From contig JACPTQ010000004.1 of assembly GCA_016192705.1 (NCBI GenBank), positions 9,398 through 73,397 of the forward strand: DNA of 64,000 bases, in the 5' to 3' direction. Positions 1-8,312 of the stretch are shown one piece after another. Each line of letters opens with the position of its first letter. Position 1 is the stretch's first letter. The position numbers and the translations under genes were made by a program. The stretch is from Deltaproteobacteria bacterium (GTDB lineage Bacteria; Myxococcota; JACPTQ01). Under the pieces are notes generated by a model. It was not told where the DNA came from. It was given only the letters and a program-made list of their open reading frames with translations, and ran no database searches.

Positions 1-760
1 GCCGGGCGAACTGGCGCCGGGATTTGTGTTCATTCCGGAAGGGACGTTTTTATCGGGAGGCGATCCGCTCGCGTTTAACTCGGCGCCGCTCGGTGTCGCG
101 TGCGTGGGCGACTTCGCGATCTCGAAGTTTCCAGTGACGTGCGCAGAGTACCTCGCGTTCATGAACGATCTTGTCGGGCGCGATCCGGCGCTCGCCGAGA
201 AGCACGTTCCGCGTGTGCAGCCGACCGCAGGGTTTATTTGGCAGCGCGGATCCGACGGGCTTTACACGTTGCCGGAAGCCGATCCCGAAGGTGACCGATG
301 GCTGCCCAATTGGCCCGTTATCGGGATCAGCTGGGAGGATGCGGAGGCTTACGCCGAGTGGCGATCGTCGCGGCCCGACGCGGGTGGGCGGCGGTTTCGG
401 TTGCCGACGCCCGATGAGTGGGAGAAGGCGGGGCGAGGCGTGGATGGTCGGCGCTTCCCGTGGGGGAACCATTTCGACCCGACGTTTTGTCACATGTCGA
501 ACACGTTCCCGGGCCGGCCGCAGATGTTGCCCGTTGGAACGGTCGAGACGGACGAATCGCCTTACGGCGTACGAGATCTCGCGGGGTGCATTCGCGAGTT
601 TTGCGCCGGTTGGCAAGACGAGGCGTCGGGGCTCCGGTCGCTTCGCGGTGGGTATTGGGGCGGGAGCGAGAACATCGCGCGGCTCGCGAGCCGCGGCTAC
701 CGCCGCTCGTACGAAATCGTGATGGATGTGGGGTTTCGTCTCGCCCACGACTTGGCGTAG
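1..760 (+). CDS. FGE/SUMF1 (sulfatase-modifying factor) domain protein, 5'-partial; gene begins upstream of the window
   Basis: Translation from nt 2 gives ...FIPEGTFLSGGDPLAF.. and FRLPTPDEWEKAGRGVDGRRFPWGN...GYRRSYEIVMDVGFRLAHD, the characteristic FGE-sulfatase/EgtB-type fold motifs. Stop TAG at 758-760. Confidence 0.8.
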   Translation, partial: PGELAPGFVFIPEGTFLSGGDPLAFNSAPLGVACVGDFAISKFPVTCAEYLAFMNDLVGRDPALAEKHVPRVQPTAGFIWQRGSDGLYTLPEADPEGDRWLPNWPVIGISWEDAEAYAEWRSSRPDAGGRRFRLPTPDEWEKAGRGVDGRRFPWGNHFDPTFCHMSNTFPGRPQMLPVGTVETDESPYGVRDLAGCIREFCAGWQDEASGLRSLRGGYWGGSENIARLASRGYRRSYEIVMDVGFRLAHDLA

Positions 761-762
761 TT

Positions 763-3700
763 TTATTCGATTGACCACATCTCGTACTTGTTCGAGATCG
801 GCATCCACTCGCGCATCGGGCGATTGACGCCTGCGCGCGAAAGCTGCTGCCGGAGCACCTGATTTGAAATCGTTTCCTTTTCGATAAGAACAAATCGACG
901 GCCGGGGGTTTTCGCGAAATTGATCATGCGCCGCTCGGCGCCCGCCTTGTGGATCGGATCGACTTCGTTTTTCGAGTAGTAGGTCTCTGTTCGCCAATTC
1001 ATTTGGTATGCGGCGAGAGCGTCTTCATCGAGCACATCGGGAATGAGATGCGTCGCGGCAAGTGGGGCGGCCAGCGCAGCGCCGAACGGTGAATGCACAG
1101 CCGAAAGTGCTGCGATCGCAAGTGGGGCCGGGAGTTCGCGCTGATCGGCGCGCAGATTGTGAAGTGTCGCAAAATACTCGCGCTGCGTCCACGCGTTGTT
1201 GAGCTGGATCATATAGTCGTGCATGGCCCATCCCGCCCAAACGAGCGCAAACCCCGCAAACGCCACGATCGCGCGCCACGTCGCGCCCGGCACGAAAACG
1301 AGCGCTGCGATCATGGCGAGGATCACAAAGATGACGAGGCCCGGCGCAAAATTGAAGACGTCGATGAACGACCGTTTTCCCCAGCGTTCGCAAAGGTCAG
1401 CCAGCATCGGCGCGACGGGTCGCCCTTGCGGGTCCGCGCAGTTTTTCGCCGCGAGCTGCTGCGTCATTCCGGCGATTTCGCCGACGAAGCGACGGACAAC
1501 ATTTCCACCGGGCGTCGGAACGGCATGGTCAAATGCCGTCGCATATTGCTGCGCCGTTTGGTTCGCCTGGTTGTCGTCGCCAACGGGCAGATAAAGAAGT
1601 TGTAGCGGGAGCGCGGCCGTCCGTTCGGCTTTTGAGAGCAAATGGAAGCCGCCGACGCCGCCCACCACGAGCAGGCCGACCGCGGCGACGGACCACTTGA
1701 AGCGCGCGTGCCCTTCGGCGAGGCGCGTTCCAAGCCAGGCACCGGCGACGCCAATCGCCCCAGCCCCCAAAAGAAACCGAAGCGTTGAGTCGGGCCAAAT
1801 CGCGCGAAGGATGACCGCGCCGATCCCAAAGCCCAAAAGGAATCCGGTTGCGCGGAGAATTGTTCGCGCGCGGACGTTCTCGCGATTCGGAATGAGGCCG
1901 AGCATCAAGATGAAAACCGCGAGCCCGAAGAGCGGAACCATCGTTCGCTCGGGTGTGATGCCCCACGGCCACGGGCGCTGATACTTGTAAATGAAAAGGT
2001 TAACCATCTGGACTGAGTCGCGCATCGGATCGTTGCCGACGAAAATTCGGACGAGGTCGTAGCCGACGAACACGAGAATTCCGGCGGCCGCGAGGAACGG
2101 AAGCCGCGACGCTTGCTTGTCGTTCCAAAATTCCGAAAGACCATAGCCGACCGCGATCGCGAGCGCCGGCATCATCGGCATAATGTAGTGGTGGAACTTC
2201 GTCGCCGACATCGTAAAGAGCGTAAACGTCACCGCCATCCAGACGCCGACGAGAACTTTTGCGCGCCGCTCGGGGCTGTCGGGCGACAGCGACTTCCAAA
2301 ACCGCGCTGCCGCAACCGGCAAGAACGCGACCCACGGGAAGGCGCCGTACGCTCCCCACCTCACGAAGTAGTCGAAGCCCGTCAGGTTGTCGCCGTGGAT
2401 TCCAGCGCTCAAGCGGTTCAAGTGGTGTTGCTCAAAAAACTCGCGCCACCAATCCATTCCGTGGCGCGCCCACATCGCGATGTGCCAGGGCAGCGTGGCA
2501 AGCGCGACGATCGCGATGCCGCTCGGGATTCGTGCCTCGATGACGATTCGCCACTCGGCGGTGACGAGGATGTAGCCGAGGATGATCGCGCCCGGGAGCG
2601 CGAAGCCGAGGAGGCCTTTCGAGAGCGTTGCGATGCCGCAACAGAGATAAAAAGCGTAAAGATAGGCGCTGCGCGCGTCGCGGCGCGTCGAGATGAAAAT
2701 GGCGACTGGGATAAAAACTGCGAGGTAGACAAGGGCATGGAGTCCGCCGAAGACTTCGAGCTCGTCCGCGACAAGTGAATACTGCGGCAACGTTGTCAGA
2801 AAAAGGAGAGGGTAAATGACCCAGGTGAGGCGTGGGTTTTCGCCGTCGCCCTCCTTGTGACGAAACATCGCGAGGCCGAAAAAGCCGAGTCCCGCGGTAA
2901 CGAGGGCGACGTACGGCATGTCGGTTAAGCCTTGACGCGACACGAAGAACCAGAACGGCATCGTTGCGAGGATGAGCGCCGATAAGACGGCCACGCGGCG
3001 GCCCAGGAGCTCGCGGCAGAACAGGTAGACGACGGTAATGGCGAAAACGCCGAGCATGACGTGCGGAATGCGAATCGCGAAATCGCCAACGCCGAAAACG
3101 GTGAAGCTCAAGGCTTCAAGCCAGAAGAGGCCGACCGGCTTTGACCAAAACCACTCGTTCTCCCAGAACTGCGAAATCCAATCGCCGCGAACGATCATCT
3201 GACGCGCAACTTCGGCGTAGTGTCCTTCCCACGGGTCGAGGAGACCGAACGTCGTGAGGGTCGGCAAATAAAACGCGAGGCCGAGGCCAGCGACGATAAG
3301 GATATCGAGGCTCCCGCAATCTGTTGTTGGGCGCGGCGTGTTGACGCGATGCGCGCGATAGGCGTGGACGGCGGCGCCAGCCACGGCGAGCAGCAGAAGG
3401 AGCGAGGCGATCGAAAAACCGGTCGCGGGGGGTGGCTGGTTGAAATGTGTGGCGAGTGGACGCGTGAGCGCACCGACCGAGAACTCGAGTCCGGGCGCGA
3501 TGGCGCCGGGGTGAAAGCCGATTGCGGCAAGTGAAGCCGCGCCGAGGTTTTCGGCGAGCGATATCGGCGCATCGAGCGACGTTGCGAAGGCGGCGCGCGG
3601 GCCGAGCGATTCGACGAACGACGCGCCGAGGCCAACCACGAAAAGCGCGGTGCTCGCGAGTGCGAAGAGGCGCTCTCCGGGAAGGTCCGTGCGCGTGAGT

Positions 3701-4209
3701 CCGTGGTGCGCCGAAAAGAGCGCGACGGCGCCGCCCAGCCAGATCCCGACGTCGAAAAGTGAAAATGAGCCGAACGAGCCGAAGCCAAACGCGCCAGCGA
3801 GCGCGCTCCCCGCGTGCGCGACAGCGGACACAACGAGGAGCGCGAGTCCACCGCGGTAAACAAGCGACGCGGGCGCGGGGCGGTCGCTGCCGTGGCGACG
3901 TTCGGCGAGAAGAAGGATTGCCCCGACGAAGATGGCGACGACGCCGAGGTCGATTGATGTGCCGCGCACGTAAAGGCGCGGGCCGGCGCCGCTTCGCAAG
4001 TTGAAATAGTTTTCAGCGACGATCGCGAGCCCAACCACAAACCACGTGAGCGGGACGCGCATCCAGATGACTTCGTCGCGCACGAATTTCCAGGCGTCAC
4101 CCGCGAAGTCGAAGAGGAACTCCGTCGCGCGATCGAGCGCGTTCGGCTCGGGCGGCGCGGGCGTCTTTTGGGCGTTGGATTCAGCTTTTTTCTGCGTGGA
4201 TTTCGACAT
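763..4209 (-). CDS. Large polytopic membrane protein with a GT39/PMT_2 (ArnT/PMT-like) glycosyltransferase domain
   Basis: 1148-aa ORF. N-terminal ~300 aa are hydrophobic helices. Followed by LLDPWEGHYAEVARQMIVRGDWISQFWENEWFWSKPVGLFWLEA, typical of dolichyl-phosphate-mannose/ArnT-type GT-C transferases. ATG at 4209. Convergent with feature 1. Confidence 0.75.
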   Translation of the reverse strand: MSKSTQKKAESNAQKTPAPPEPNALDRATEFLFDFAGDAWKFVRDEVIWMRVPLTWFVVGLAIVAENYFNLRSGAGPRLYVRGTSIDLGVVAIFVGAILLLAERRHGSDRPAPASLVYRGGLALLVVSAVAHAGSALAGAFGFGSFGSFSLFDVGIWLGGAVALFSAHHGLTRTDLPGERLFALASTALFVVGLGASFVESLGPRAAFATSLDAPISLAENLGAASLAAIGFHPGAIAPGLEFSVGALTRPLATHFNQPPPATGFSIASLLLLLAVAGAAVHAYRAHRVNTPRPTTDCGSLDILIVAGLGLAFYLPTLTTFGLLDPWEGHYAEVARQMIVRGDWISQFWENEWFWSKPVGLFWLEALSFTVFGVGDFAIRIPHVMLGVFAITVVYLFCRELLGRRVAVLSALILATMPFWFFVSRQGLTDMPYVALVTAGLGFFGLAMFRHKEGDGENPRLTWVIYPLLFLTTLPQYSLVADELEVFGGLHALVYLAVFIPVAIFISTRRDARSAYLYAFYLCCGIATLSKGLLGFALPGAIILGYILVTAEWRIVIEARIPSGIAIVALATLPWHIAMWARHGMDWWREFFEQHHLNRLSAGIHGDNLTGFDYFVRWGAYGAFPWVAFLPVAAARFWKSLSPDSPERRAKVLVGVWMAVTFTLFTMSATKFHHYIMPMMPALAIAVGYGLSEFWNDKQASRLPFLAAAGILVFVGYDLVRIFVGNDPMRDSVQMVNLFIYKYQRPWPWGITPERTMVPLFGLAVFILMLGLIPNRENVRARTILRATGFLLGFGIGAVILRAIWPDSTLRFLLGAGAIGVAGAWLGTRLAEGHARFKWSVAAVGLLVVGGVGGFHLLSKAERTAALPLQLLYLPVGDDNQANQTAQQYATAFDHAVPTPGGNVVRRFVGEIAGMTQQLAAKNCADPQGRPVAPMLADLCERWGKRSFIDVFNFAPGLVIFVILAMIAALVFVPGATWRAIVAFAGFALVWAGWAMHDYMIQLNNAWTQREYFATLHNLRADQRELPAPLAIAALSAVHSPFGAALAAPLAATHLIPDVLDEDALAAYQMNWRTETYYSKNEVDPIHKAGAERRMINFAKTPGRRFVLIEKETISNQVLRQQLSRAGVNRPMREWMPISNKYEMWSIE

Positions 4210-4300
4210 GCGCGAGGGAAACTATCTTCTGATCCGGCCGAAGTCAAAGGCGGTCATCGCTTCCTGGGCGCGGTCTTTTTATTATCGCGCGAATCGACGA

Positions 4301-4864
4301 AATTCCCCAATCCCCGGTTAAGCGGTTCGTTCGCTCGTGAGCGTGAGGGTCGACAGGAGCCCGCTTCGGCGCGCCGACGTCCTCGGGTCTGAACGCGAAC
4401 GAGCGCCCGAGCCACTGTTTTGTGGCGTGCGAAATCTCGGAGATTCCCATCCGATATCGCGCTGCAGACCCTGCGGAGGCGCGCCTGCGCGGCGCCCCTG
4501 CCGACCCGACGCAAATCCGGGCGGACCGCTTTTCGGGGACGCGTCTCCTGAGCTTGAGGGCGGTACGAAGAGTTCACCCGCTGGGTGTCGGCTGACGATC
4601 GATCGACCCCCAAGTCTCCTAACCGCCATTCCAGGAAAACGGCCGGGTTCTGATTGGGCGGGCGGGGATTGGGCAAGCGGAGGCTCGCATCCGCAGGGGA
4701 TGAGGTGCCGATGGGGCGTTGGATTGCCGTTCTCATGATGTTTGACTCATTTCGTGCAGACTCACATTTCATGTCAGACCCGAGGACTTTTGCGAGCCGG
4801 AGCGAGGCCAACCCCGACCGCCCCGCGCTGGTCATGGCCGCTAACCGGGAATTGGGGACGAAAT
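4301..4864. repeat. ~565-bp non-coding segment bounded by a 20-bp imperfect inverted repeat (MITE-like or regulatory element)
   Basis: 4301-4323 aattCCCCAATcCCCGGTTAaGC. The reverse complement of 4839-4864 is aatttcgtCCCCAATtCCCGGTTAGC. The only ORFs inside are R-rich antisense-type artefacts. Confidence 0.35.
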
Positions 4865-4917
4865 TGGGTTGTCGTGGACTCGGGTGGTCGATAAAGTGCG
4901 TCGCTGGAGGTGTTGCC

Positions 4918-6018
4918 ATGCATGTCATTTGGGTTGGGACGAGAAAGGGGGTGTTCAAGTTGACGTCGGCCGAACGCAAGGCGTGGGCGCTCGAGGGACC
5001 GCTCTACCTCGGGAATCTCGTTTACCATATCGTACGCAGCGCCGCGGGGACGCTGATCATGGCGACGAGCGCGGGTCACCTCGGCCCGGCGCTTTTTCGG
5101 TCGACCGACGGTGGCAAAACTTGGGTCGAAGTCGCGGCGCCGCCGAAGTTTCCAGAAGGGGAGCCTCGGAAGCGCGCCGTGAAGCACGTTTTTTGGCTAA
5201 CCGCAGGACCGGCTTCGGCACACGGGCTCTGGTACGCCGGCACCTCGCCGCAGGGACTCTTCGTTTCGCGCGACGACGGGCTCACGTGGGAAGGCGTCGC
5301 CGGCTTCAACGACCACCCAAATCAGCTCGCGTGGGTTTACAACGACCAAGACCAAACGCCCGACGGCGGCAAACTCCATTCGGTCAACGTCGACCCGCGC
5401 GACGTTAATCGCCTTTTGCTTTGCATGTCGGGCGGCGGCGTCTTTGTGAGCGACGACGGCGGTCGCGATTGGCGCCCGATGAACCGCGGCTGCGCGGCCG
5501 ATTTCATGCCCGACCCGAACGCCGAGTATGGCCACGACCCGCACTCTGTGGTGCAACACCCCGCGAACCCAGACCGTTATTGGATGCAAAACCACTGCGG
5601 CATCTACCGAATGGACCGCCAGGCGGGCGAAACGTGGCGGCGCGTCGGCGACCACATGCCGAAACACGTGGGTGACATTGGGTTTCCGATGGTCGTGAAC
5701 CCGCGAAACCCGGACGCCGCTTGGGTTTTCCCGATGGATGGCACGGCGGTTTGGCCACGCACAAGCCCGGATGGGAAGCCGGCGGTTTACGCGACGCGCG
5801 ATGGCGGCGAAAGTTGGCAGCGGCTCGACCGCGGGTTTCCGGCGGCGCAAGCGTGGTGGACGGTCAAGCGACAGGCGATGTGTTGTGACGGCGAGGCGAC
5901 GGCTGGGCTCGTCCTCGGGACCACGTCGGGCGAGGTTTGGGCGAGCGCCGATGAGGGCCAAAGTTTCGCGTGCATCGCGCGCCACTTGCCCCACATCTAT
6001 AGCGTGACGGTCGGCTGA
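4918..6018 (+). CDS. BNR/Asp-box repeat beta-propeller protein (Ycf48-like or BNR glycosyl hydrolase-like)
   Basis: Repeated S-x-D-x-G-x-T-W Asp-box motifs (STDGGKTW, SRDDGLTWE, SDDGGRDW, TRDGGESW). GGAGG RBS at 4906-4910 with ATG at 4918. The longer track ORF starting at 4654 is an R-rich leader. Confidence 0.8.
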   Translation: MHVIWVGTRKGVFKLTSAERKAWALEGPLYLGNLVYHIVRSAAGTLIMATSAGHLGPALFRSTDGGKTWVEVAAPPKFPEGEPRKRAVKHVFWLTAGPASAHGLWYAGTSPQGLFVSRDDGLTWEGVAGFNDHPNQLAWVYNDQDQTPDGGKLHSVNVDPRDVNRLLLCMSGGGVFVSDDGGRDWRPMNRGCAADFMPDPNAEYGHDPHSVVQHPANPDRYWMQNHCGIYRMDRQAGETWRRVGDHMPKHVGDIGFPMVVNPRNPDAAWVFPMDGTAVWPRTSPDGKPAVYATRDGGESWQRLDRGFPAAQAWWTVKRQAMCCDGEATAGLVLGTTSGEVWASADEGQSFACIARHLPHIYSVTVG

Positions 6019-6022
6019 GCCC

Positions 6023-6283
6023 GTGAAGGTCCACATTCCGACGCCGCTTCGATCCTATACGAATGATGCGAGCGAAGTTGAGGCGTCCGGCGCGACCGTC
6101 GGCGAGCTGCTCCTCGACCTCGATCGGCAATTCCCTGGCCTACGGTATCGCATGGTCGACGAACAGCAACGGATTCGGCCGCACATGAAAGTCTTTGTAA
6201 ACGGCGAACAGACGTTTGATTTGGCGCACCCGATCAAGGCGACGGATTACATTCATATCTTGCAGGCGCTCAGCGGCGGCTAA
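6023..6283 (+). CDS. MoaD/ThiS/CysO-family ubiquitin-like sulfur-carrier protein (C-terminal GG)
   Basis: 86 aa, MKVHIPTPLRSYT...VFVNGEQ...ILQALSGG; CysO-like beta-grasp pattern ending in Gly-Gly. GTG start 5 nt after the BNR gene stop, consistent with translational coupling. Confidence 0.8.
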   Translation: MKVHIPTPLRSYTNDASEVEASGATVGELLLDLDRQFPGLRYRMVDEQQRIRPHMKVFVNGEQTFDLAHPIKATDYIHILQALSGG

Positions 6284-6342
6284 GCGGCTCATGGCGCGAA
6301 GACGTTGCCGCTTTCCGCAATTGTCGCCTTACTTGCAGCCTG

Positions 6343-7557
6343 TCAGTGTTGAACGGTGCAGGTCCACGGAGGATGTCCCCCGTCGTTCTTAAACTGGTTG
6401 ATGACCTGAATGCAGGCGTTTTGTTGCGTCGAGACGACGTCGAGCGCGGGATAAACCTCGAGCGCGTAGCTCACAGGACAGCTGTCGCCCTTCCACACAA
6501 AACACTTCGGCGTCGAGCCGCCATCGCCGGTCGACACCGGGCCAACCCCATACCAACTGAAGTAAGCTTCGCTGGTGATTTTTCCGTCGCAATTGGCGCC
6601 GCCGTCGTTGATGCCGCTGTACGTGTAGGTGCCACCGTCGCGAAAGAGACCGGCAAAAACCGCTGAGTTGACCGTGGTCAGACTTCCGAACGACGCATCG
6701 GGCTCCTGGCCATAGGCGCACCCGCCCCAATCGCCACCGTCCGTCGGGTCAGTGCTGGCGGGACCCACGCCCGTCACACCGGCGTCCTTCGCCTCCTTGT
6801 AAGCCATCTCGAGGTCGGAGACCGCGAAGCACGGGCAACCACCATTCGCTGTGGTCACGCACGTTTGAAGGGCAGACCGCTGACTGGGGCACGTGGTTTG
6901 GAGCGGCATCCGGTCGACGGAGCACGCGAATTCCGACGAACTGCCGGCGTCGATCAGGCAGTCGCGAAGGAGCCCGCGCTCCGTGGGGCACGAGGCCCGG
7001 CCCTTCGCGGCGATGCGCGTGCAGGCGCTCAAGCAGGTCCCATGCGTGGTGTCGGCGGTGCCGCCGTCGCACACTGTTGCGGCATGGCTGCAGAGCGGTT
7101 GGCACTGGTTCACGACGATAAAGAGCGAGAACCGCGAGGTCGTAAACGTGACGACGCCGCTCGCGAATGTGGCGCCCTCGATCGGTTCCCAGCTCGTATC
7201 CTGTTCATTGTCTAAGCGCAGGACCGTGTCCGCCGAACCCGCGTACGGCAACCGGATGGTTACGGGCGCAAGGAACGTGGTTCCATGCGGTGTAAAGGCA
7301 AACGTGTTGCCCGCTGCGGACATCCCCGTGGGCAGGGTGGACGGGATCGGCACCTGCGCGACGCCAATCGTGACGCTCGAGGACAGTGCGCCCGCTTGCA
7401 CCTCGACCGACGCACCGGACGAAGAGACCGTTCCGCCGCCAGTTCCAACCGTTGCGCTCGCCCCCGTCGTTGTGTTCGTCGAACTGCTGCACGATGCATC
7501 CAACAGGAACGCGAGCACGACTGTAACCGCGCCGCATCGAATCAGAGGCTGTCCCAT
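6343..7557 (-). CDS. Secreted Cys-rich lipoprotein, hypothetical
   Basis: Signal peptide plus lipobox-like LLDASC, Thr/Gly/Ser-rich linker, and more than 20 Cys in the mature part. Protein-like composition, unlike the overlapping R-rich frames. Confidence 0.65.
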   Translation of the reverse strand: MGQPLIRCGAVTVVLAFLLDASCSSSTNTTTGASATVGTGGGTVSSSGASVEVQAGALSSSVTIGVAQVPIPSTLPTGMSAAGNTFAFTPHGTTFLAPVTIRLPYAGSADTVLRLDNEQDTSWEPIEGATFASGVVTFTTSRFSLFIVVNQCQPLCSHAATVCDGGTADTTHGTCLSACTRIAAKGRASCPTERGLLRDCLIDAGSSSEFACSVDRMPLQTTCPSQRSALQTCVTTANGGCPCFAVSDLEMAYKEAKDAGVTGVGPASTDPTDGGDWGGCAYGQEPDASFGSLTTVNSAVFAGLFRDGGTYTYSGINDGGANCDGKITSEAYFSWYGVGPVSTGDGGSTPKCFVWKGDSCPVSYALEVYPALDVVSTQQNACIQVINQFKNDGGHPPWTCTVQH

Positions 7558-7653
7558 ATCGCCCTCGCCTTTTTTTCTCTGGTTTTAAGAGGGTGGCACC
7601 TATACTGGATTGATCAGGTCGTGTCAAAGACGCGAGAAACGTATCGACGAAAT

Positions 7654-8187
7654 TCACGGAACCAGGCGAATGGTCACTTCGTTGGAACGAAGCGGGCCGA
7701 GCTCGGCGTGGACGCGAAGCTCGCGTGGCGCGGTCGGCTCGGTGAGGTAAAAGCCGATGTCGACTTCGAACGGACCACCGTCGCGGCGCCCATTGTCGTC
7801 GGGGATCGACGGTGTCGGTGGCTGTGGCTGCGCGTAGCTGATACTCATTCCGTCGACGATCGCGCGATACTCCGCGTGGATGCGGTCGACGCTTGCGCGC
7901 TTGATGAGCTCGCCGGTCGCGCCGTCGCGAAGCACGAGCATCGGCGACGGGTAAGTCGAGAACGCCCAGTCGGATTCGGCCCCGCGTCGAATTGAGGGGC
8001 GGGACATCGCGTAGCCAACGACGACCATGCGGGCGAACTTTTTCCCGGACGGGTTGTAAGGTGGCGGCGAAACGAGCGCGCGGGCCCACGAGACTTCGCG
8101 CGGCGCACGAAGGACGATGCCCTCCCATCCGGGCACCGCGGCGGCTGCGGGTCGAAGGGGCGTTCGCGGTTTATCGTCGTCGGACAT
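7654..8187 (-). CDS. Hypothetical protein
   Basis: 177-aa ORF with balanced composition, co-directional with feature 6. No recognisable domain. Overlapping ORFs in other frames are R-rich. Confidence 0.4.
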   Translation of the reverse strand: MSDDDKPRTPLRPAAAAVPGWEGIVLRAPREVSWARALVSPPPYNPSGKKFARMVVVGYAMSRPSIRRGAESDWAFSTYPSPMLVLRDGATGELIKRASVDRIHAEYRAIVDGMSISYAQPQPPTPSIPDDNGRRDGGPFEVDIGFYLTEPTAPRELRVHAELGPLRSNEVTIRLVP

Positions 8188-8240
8188 TTGATCGGAATTT
8201 TTATCATGGATCGAAAGCGTCCGTGAATCGTGGACAGGAA

Positions 8241-8275
8241 TTGTCGTTGACAGAAAACGACAAAAATGTTGATTA
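8241..8275 (+). promoter_or_regulatory. Candidate sigma70-type promoter with overlapping 8-bp perfect inverted repeat (operator-like) upstream of the 8313-17421 operon
   Basis: TTGACA at 8246-8251, 17-nt spacer, TGATTAT at 8269-8275. Palindrome TTGTCGTT-N7-AACGACAA at 8241-8263. Lies in an AT-rich gap, and GGAG occurs 8 nt before the ATG at 8313. Confidence 0.4.
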
Positions 8276-8312
8276 TTCCCCTTTCCGGGCCCGGAGATTG
8301 GGGAGTAAGAAC

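Noticed and set aside
4254-4979. 241-aa minus ORF in the 4210-4917 intergenic region
   Set aside because: R/P-rich, no RBS, spans the promoter and RBS of the BNR gene. Treated as non-coding.
7992-8312. 5' extension of the 615-aa plus ORF
   Set aside because: R-rich and overlaps the AT-rich promoter region. ATG at 8313 with GGAG RBS and a signal peptide is the real start.
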